From Candidatus Muiribacterium halophilum (GTDB lineage: Bacteria; Muiribacteriota; Muiribacteriia; Muiribacteriales; Muiribacteriaceae): a DNA stretch of 64,000 bases. Position numbers and translations under genes: made by a program. Location: the NCBI GenBank assembly GCA_002869225.1, contig PKTG01000130.1, positions 8,621 through 72,620 of the forward strand, read 5' to 3'. Shown here one piece after another: positions 59,957 through 64,000 of the stretch (position 1 is the stretch's first letter; each line of letters begins with the position of its first letter). The notes under the pieces are model-generated. The model saw only the letters and a list, made by a program, of their open reading frames with translations. It ran no database searches and had not been told where the DNA came from.

Positions 59957-61528
59957 TTATATATGGAAATAAAGCTGTGTATCATTCTTCTCATCCAACT
60001 CTAAAAGCTGGTCTATAAGTTCTTTTACTTTTTTATTATCTTCTCCCTTATCAAGGTACATATAAGCTAGTTCCCAATAAGCACCCATGAAGGAAGGCTC
60101 AATTCTTATGATCTTTTTCAGGTTATCCACTATCAAAGAATAAGTTGGCTCTTCAACAGGATTTTCCGCAAGATATTTTAATGCATAAACATAATGAACT
60201 AATTTAAGATGATTATAAGTCTCAAGTTCTGTCTCTTTTTTAAGCTCAGCTATAACACTTTTTTTCTCGTTAGTATCAATTAATTTGTTTTTTAAAGTAT
60301 AATACTGCTTATAATAAAATGAGTTATTAGGGTTTACTTCAATCAATTTAAGATAATTTTCACAAGCATCTTCGAATTTAAGTTTGTACTGATAAATATC
60401 AGCTAGACTCGAAAGATACTTTTCAGAATAAGGGAAGCAACTTATTAGATTCTCATAAATAGCAAGAGACTTCTCATATAGATTACTTATTTTGTAGACT
60501 CTAGCAAGAGACTCCAGAACCTGAATAGAGTCCGGAGATATCTCAAGAGCTTTTTTATAATATTCAATAGCTTTTGGAAAATATAGATATTTCTGTAATA
60601 TCTTTCCATATTCGTATAAGACTTTTGTATCATCATGAGCGAGTTCTACAGCTTTTTTGATATTAATCATTATCTTATCTGTATCTCTTTCATCTCCATA
60701 AAGACTTAGAGCTTTTGAATAGTATAGATATGAATAAGGGTTTTCTTCGTCCAGCTTAATAGCTTTCTTCATATAATCGATGATCTCATCACCAGTGAAA
60801 AATTCCTGTTTCTGATTAAGATCAAAAATCAGGAAGTAAGAATCTATTATCTTATCTTTACCTTTTATAGTCTTATTAAGATTAGAAAAAGCCAGTTCTA
60901 ATCGTGCTTTTTCTGAAATATCTGAAAATTCAAAATAATAATAACAACAAGCAAGAGCAAAATATGTTAGTTTTGATTTACCATCATCAGCTTCCGCCAT
61001 AAACTTTTCAACTATGTTCTTATAGAATTTTTCCCTATCCGGAAAATCCTTATACAGCTCAACATATTGACTGATCATATCTCTATAGAGCTGAGCCTCA
61101 TGTTGAATCTTTATACTATCTCTATATGCTATTATTGCTTCGTCATGTTTTCCCTGTTCTAAAAAGATCCTTCCGAGGAGTCTTCTTGCATCAAAACCAT
61201 CATTTTTATATATAAGTGCCCTTTTGATCTCAAGTTCAGCATCAATATAAAGATGGTTTCTAAATAGTTTATATGCTTTTGTCAGATAAATTGAATACTT
61301 TTCTTCTTTTTCGTTAATATCCATTCCTTTAACAAGTATCTTTTCATTTTCGAGTTCTTTTTCCTGCGAAAGTGTCTTAGAACTCATAAGGTATTTGAGA
61401 GAAGCCTCCCCTATAGTCGCTATAAAGCAGACTTTGTTTATCCGATCAAAGAACTGACATTTCTCCTTGATACAGAATTCTTTTTGGCTTGAATTATCCG
61501 AGCCTAGAAATGGACATGACAAAAGCAT
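59957..61528 (-). CDS. TPR protein with N-terminal 4-Cys motif
   Basis: CPFL...FCIKEKCQFFD...C followed by TPRs; RBS GGAGG. Confidence 0.85.
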   Translation of the reverse strand: MLLSCPFLGSDNSSQKEFCIKEKCQFFDRINKVCFIATIGEASLKYLMSSKTLSQEKELENEKILVKGMDINEKEEKYSIYLTKAYKLFRNHLYIDAELEIKRALIYKNDGFDARRLLGRIFLEQGKHDEAIIAYRDSIKIQHEAQLYRDMISQYVELYKDFPDREKFYKNIVEKFMAEADDGKSKLTYFALACCYYYFEFSDISEKARLELAFSNLNKTIKGKDKIIDSYFLIFDLNQKQEFFTGDEIIDYMKKAIKLDEENPYSYLYYSKALSLYGDERDTDKIMINIKKAVELAHDDTKVLYEYGKILQKYLYFPKAIEYYKKALEISPDSIQVLESLARVYKISNLYEKSLAIYENLISCFPYSEKYLSSLADIYQYKLKFEDACENYLKLIEVNPNNSFYYKQYYTLKNKLIDTNEKKSVIAELKKETELETYNHLKLVHYVYALKYLAENPVEEPTYSLIVDNLKKIIRIEPSFMGAYWELAYMYLDKGEDNKKVKELIDQLLELDEKNDTQLYFHI

Positions 61529-61593
61529 TATTACCCTCCTCGTTATAGAGAAAATTATTATTATAAATTCTTTATAAAACCTATTTACTATAT

Positions 61594-61621
61594 ATATCGT
61601 CTATATGAGCTGTCTGATTAA
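61594..61621 (-). promoter_or_regulatory. Possible sigma28-like promoter for TPR operon
   Basis: Minus strand TTAA-N16-GACGATAT. Confidence 0.4.
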
Positions 61622-61713
61622 TAGTTGTAGCTCATAAGGAATGATACCACAACCTGAGTTTTTATTGAAAAAAATACTACCGGTTCTCAACAACTTTTTT
61701 ACCTCTAACCAAC

Positions 61714-61742
61714 AAAAAAAGACACCTAAGTGTCTTTTTTTT
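61714..61742. terminator. Bidirectional terminator-like hairpin
   Basis: A7-GACAC-CTAA-GTGTC-T8. Confidence 0.75.
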
Positions 61743-61901
61743 GATGTTTGTCTAACGACAAAGTGTTTTTTCTTTGAAAAAAGATGACGAACTTACATTC
61801 GTGTGCTTTCTTTCAGAAAGAGTTTATTACACAACTGAAAAGTTGTCATCAGCATTTTTATGCTCATCGTAAGCAAAGCGAACCATCCGCAACAGAGTTG
61901 C
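61743..61901 (+). ncRNA. Candidate novel multi-branched structured RNA/ssDNA element (eight hairpins, nested linkers)
   Basis: Eight short hairpins at ~19-nt period with GATG/GTG linkers on the left and TAC/CATC linkers on the right; strand assigned only from G-U pairs. Confidence 0.5.
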
Positions 61902-61906
61902 TAAAC

Positions 61907-61940
61907 AAAAAAAAAGCCCTCCGAAGAGGGCTTTTTTTTT
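61907..61940. terminator. Intrinsic terminator after pdaD (bidirectional)
   Basis: A9-GCCCTC-CGAA-GAGGGC-T9; minus-strand cUUCGg loop. Confidence 0.88.
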
Positions 61941-62499
61941 AATGATATTCACAAAAAACTGCAGCTGCAATAACGGTCGTCCATCGACCTTTGGAATCTC
62001 CTTTAGCTGACTGTGTTATACTTTTTGAACGGACAATCTCATCTCTCATCTTCCATATACCTTTTCTTTCATTCCAATCCTGATCAACATCAAATTTTAT
62101 TCCAAGAGTTGATGCAAGCATTGAAGCAGCAAGGTCTTCAGCGTAATCACCAGCATGTTTTGCTTCCTGTCCGAAAGAATGATGTTCACTTAAATAACCG
62201 AAGTTATTTTTATCTTTTGGCAGTGCTATTCCTACAGATGCAGAGATTATCCTTCCAGGTTCATCTGTCGAGTTTTCACTCATGACACAGAAAGTTATCT
62301 CACCAGGTTTAAGATTTGCAACTCCTTTATCTCGTCCCATTATCTTACAATGTGGAGGAAATATACTAGATACTTTAACCAGATTATAACAAGCTATCTT
62401 AGCATCTCTTAACGCTTCTTCAAAAGAACCAAGTTTTTCTCTATGTACTCCAACTCCTTTTGTAAGAAATAATGCTTTAGGAACCCTGTTTGCACTCAT
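61939..62499 (-). CDS. pdaD: Pyruvoyl-dependent arginine decarboxylase
   Basis: FLTKGVG.H...L.SFE.ALRDA...[25 protein letters not shown]. Confidence 0.92.
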   Translation of the reverse strand: MSANRVPKALFLTKGVGVHREKLGSFEEALRDAKIACYNLVKVSSIFPPHCKIMGRDKGVANLKPGEITFCVMSENSTDEPGRIISASVGIALPKDKNNFGYLSEHHSFGQEAKHAGDYAEDLAASMLASTLGIKFDVDQDWNERKGIWKMRDEIVRSKSITQSAKGDSKGRWTTVIAAAVFCEYH

Positions 62500-62503
62500 T
62501 AAA

Positions 62504-63703
62504 TTATTCTCCTTGCTCTTTTAATAATGATGGTATCATAGCATATATCTGAGTAGCAGTTATAAGTTCATCGATCTCAACATATTCTTCTATTGAATGT
62601 GCTAGTTCTTCTCTTCCTGGAGCAAAACCTATTGTAGGAATATTATATCTACCCATTGTAGCTACTCCATTAGTAGAAAATACCCATCTTGATATCTTAG
62701 TCTCTTTTTTATTAAACATATCAGCCGCTTTTTTTGCAGCCTGTACAAGTTCATGCTTTTCCGGAAGTACCCATGTTGGGAAATAAGCTTCCTGTCTAGC
62801 TCTGAAACCTGTCCATGCTTTCTGATCATACTCAAGAACTTCTACTTTTGCACCTATCTTCTCATAAGAAGGTAGATCTTTTATTTCCTGAACAGCACTT
62901 TCTTTAGTCTCACCAACTGTTAATCTTCTATCAAGATAGATAGTACAGGAATCTGAGACAGAACACTGTGAAGGTGCAGTTGATTCTATTTTAGATATAG
63001 TTATTGAACCTTTACCAAGAAAATCATCGACTTTAAGTCTTTTGTGAAGCTCTTCTATTTCCTTTACAAGTGAAGCCATCTTATAAATAGCGTTGTCTCC
63101 TCTATCACAATGTGCACCATGAGCTGCTTTTCCTTTGACCTTGACTATCATCTCCATTCTACCTCTATGACCTCGGTAGACATCCATGTTAGTTGGCTCA
63201 GCAAGAACCGCATAATCAGCTTCGATCTTTTCATGATCATGAATATGTATATGACAATAACCATCACAATCCTCTTCCATCACTGAACCTATAACATATA
63301 GAGTATAACCATCAAGAAGACCAAGTTCCTTCATTATCTTACCAGCGTATATCATACAAGCCACGCCTGATTTTTCATCAACAGTTCCTCTTCCATAAAT
63401 CTTATTATCATGAATCTCTGCGTCAAATGGAGGATACTGCCAGTTTGCAGGGTCTACTACTTCAACTGTATCTATATGTCCATCATAAAATATGACTTTA
63501 TCACCATTTCCGATCTTTCCAATTGCATTACCAAGTGCATCGGTAAACGCTTCATCATAACCAAGGTTCTGCATTGTCTTAACAAGAAGTTTGACCTGGT
63601 CTTCCTCTTGTTTACTATATGATTTTGTCTGAATCATCTTCTGAACCAGACCGATGATCTCATCTCTGTAATGTTCTACTCTTTCAAGTACTTTTTCTTT
63701 CAT
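62504..63703 (-). CDS. YgeY-family M20 metallo-hydrolase
   Basis: [25 protein letters not shown]...GHRGR, FSTNG, AH..EE; start MKEKV at 63703. Confidence 0.88.
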   Translation of the reverse strand: MKEKVLERVEHYRDEIIGLVQKMIQTKSYSKQEEDQVKLLVKTMQNLGYDEAFTDALGNAIGKIGNGDKVIFYDGHIDTVEVVDPANWQYPPFDAEIHDNKIYGRGTVDEKSGVACMIYAGKIMKELGLLDGYTLYVIGSVMEEDCDGYCHIHIHDHEKIEADYAVLAEPTNMDVYRGHRGRMEMIVKVKGKAAHGAHCDRGDNAIYKMASLVKEIEELHKRLKVDDFLGKGSITISKIESTAPSQCSVSDSCTIYLDRRLTVGETKESAVQEIKDLPSYEKIGAKVEVLEYDQKAWTGFRARQEAYFPTWVLPEKHELVQAAKKAADMFNKKETKISRWVFSTNGVATMGRYNIPTIGFAPGREELAHSIEEYVEIDELITATQIYAMIPSLLKEQGE

Positions 63704-63843
63704 ATTATCCCCTTTCAAATTTTTAATATTTTATTAACTTCCATTAAATACCTAATGAACTAATTTATCAAGAAAAAAGAAGTTATTTTTGATGTTAAAA
63801 ACAAATAATAAAATAGATAGTTATTGATTATAAAATCGAAATA

Positions 63844-63881
63844 GGGTTTGGGATTTGGGGTTGGGGGTTTGGGGTTGGGGG
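63844..63881 (+). repeat. G-tract heptamer tandem repeat (GGGTTTG-like)
   Basis: GGGTTTGGGATTTGGGGTTGGGGGTTTGGGGTTGGGGG. Confidence 0.8.
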
Positions 63882-63987
63882 TTTTTTAAATATTTTTAAT
63901 CCAAATACGAGTTTCCAAAAAAGTTACTTAAATTTTAAATTTCATTAAAGTAATAAAAACTATAGAAATAGAAATTATCTCAGCGGG

Positions 63988-64000
63988 TGGTGCCGGAGAA
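63988..64000 (-). tRNA. Probable 3' end of a tRNA truncated by the window edge
   Basis: Reverse complement TTCTCCGGCACCA looks like an acceptor stem + CCA; only 13 nt visible. Confidence 0.45.

Overview
A 64-kb, AT-rich bacterial chromosomal segment with mostly minus-strand genes. Lipoproteins, a PorV-like barrel, PPDK and radical-SAM enzymes suggest an anaerobic diderm from a poorly studied lineage (inference only). Housekeeping content: rnpB, tRNA-Glu, tRNA-Ile2, an L20-leader-controlled infC(ATT start)-rpmI-rplT operon running into ppdK, dapF, mtaB, rsmE, rimO-pgsA-pgpA-cinA, recA and pdaD. Accessory content: two large FN3 lipoproteins, a PorV-like gene paired with a T9SS-CTD-like cargo, many TPR proteins (one of 2476 aa), a partner-switching module, and a radical-SAM/AsnB-like cluster with an in-frame TAA. 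The most striking unexplained signals are non-coding. (1) A ~160-nt array of eight sequence-unrelated hairpins joined by GATG/GTG...TAC/CATC linkers can fold into three stacked four-way junctions and is bracketed by two terminators (61743-61901). (2) GTTA-linked TTG...CAA hairpin arrays recur in several intergenic regions. (3) A sigma28-like promoter (T(A/T/C)A(A/G)-N16-nnCGA(T/A)A(A/T)) precedes most surface-protein genes. (4) A dispersed heptamer-built repeat family occupies many intergenic gaps. No transposase, integrase or CRISPR array was seen.
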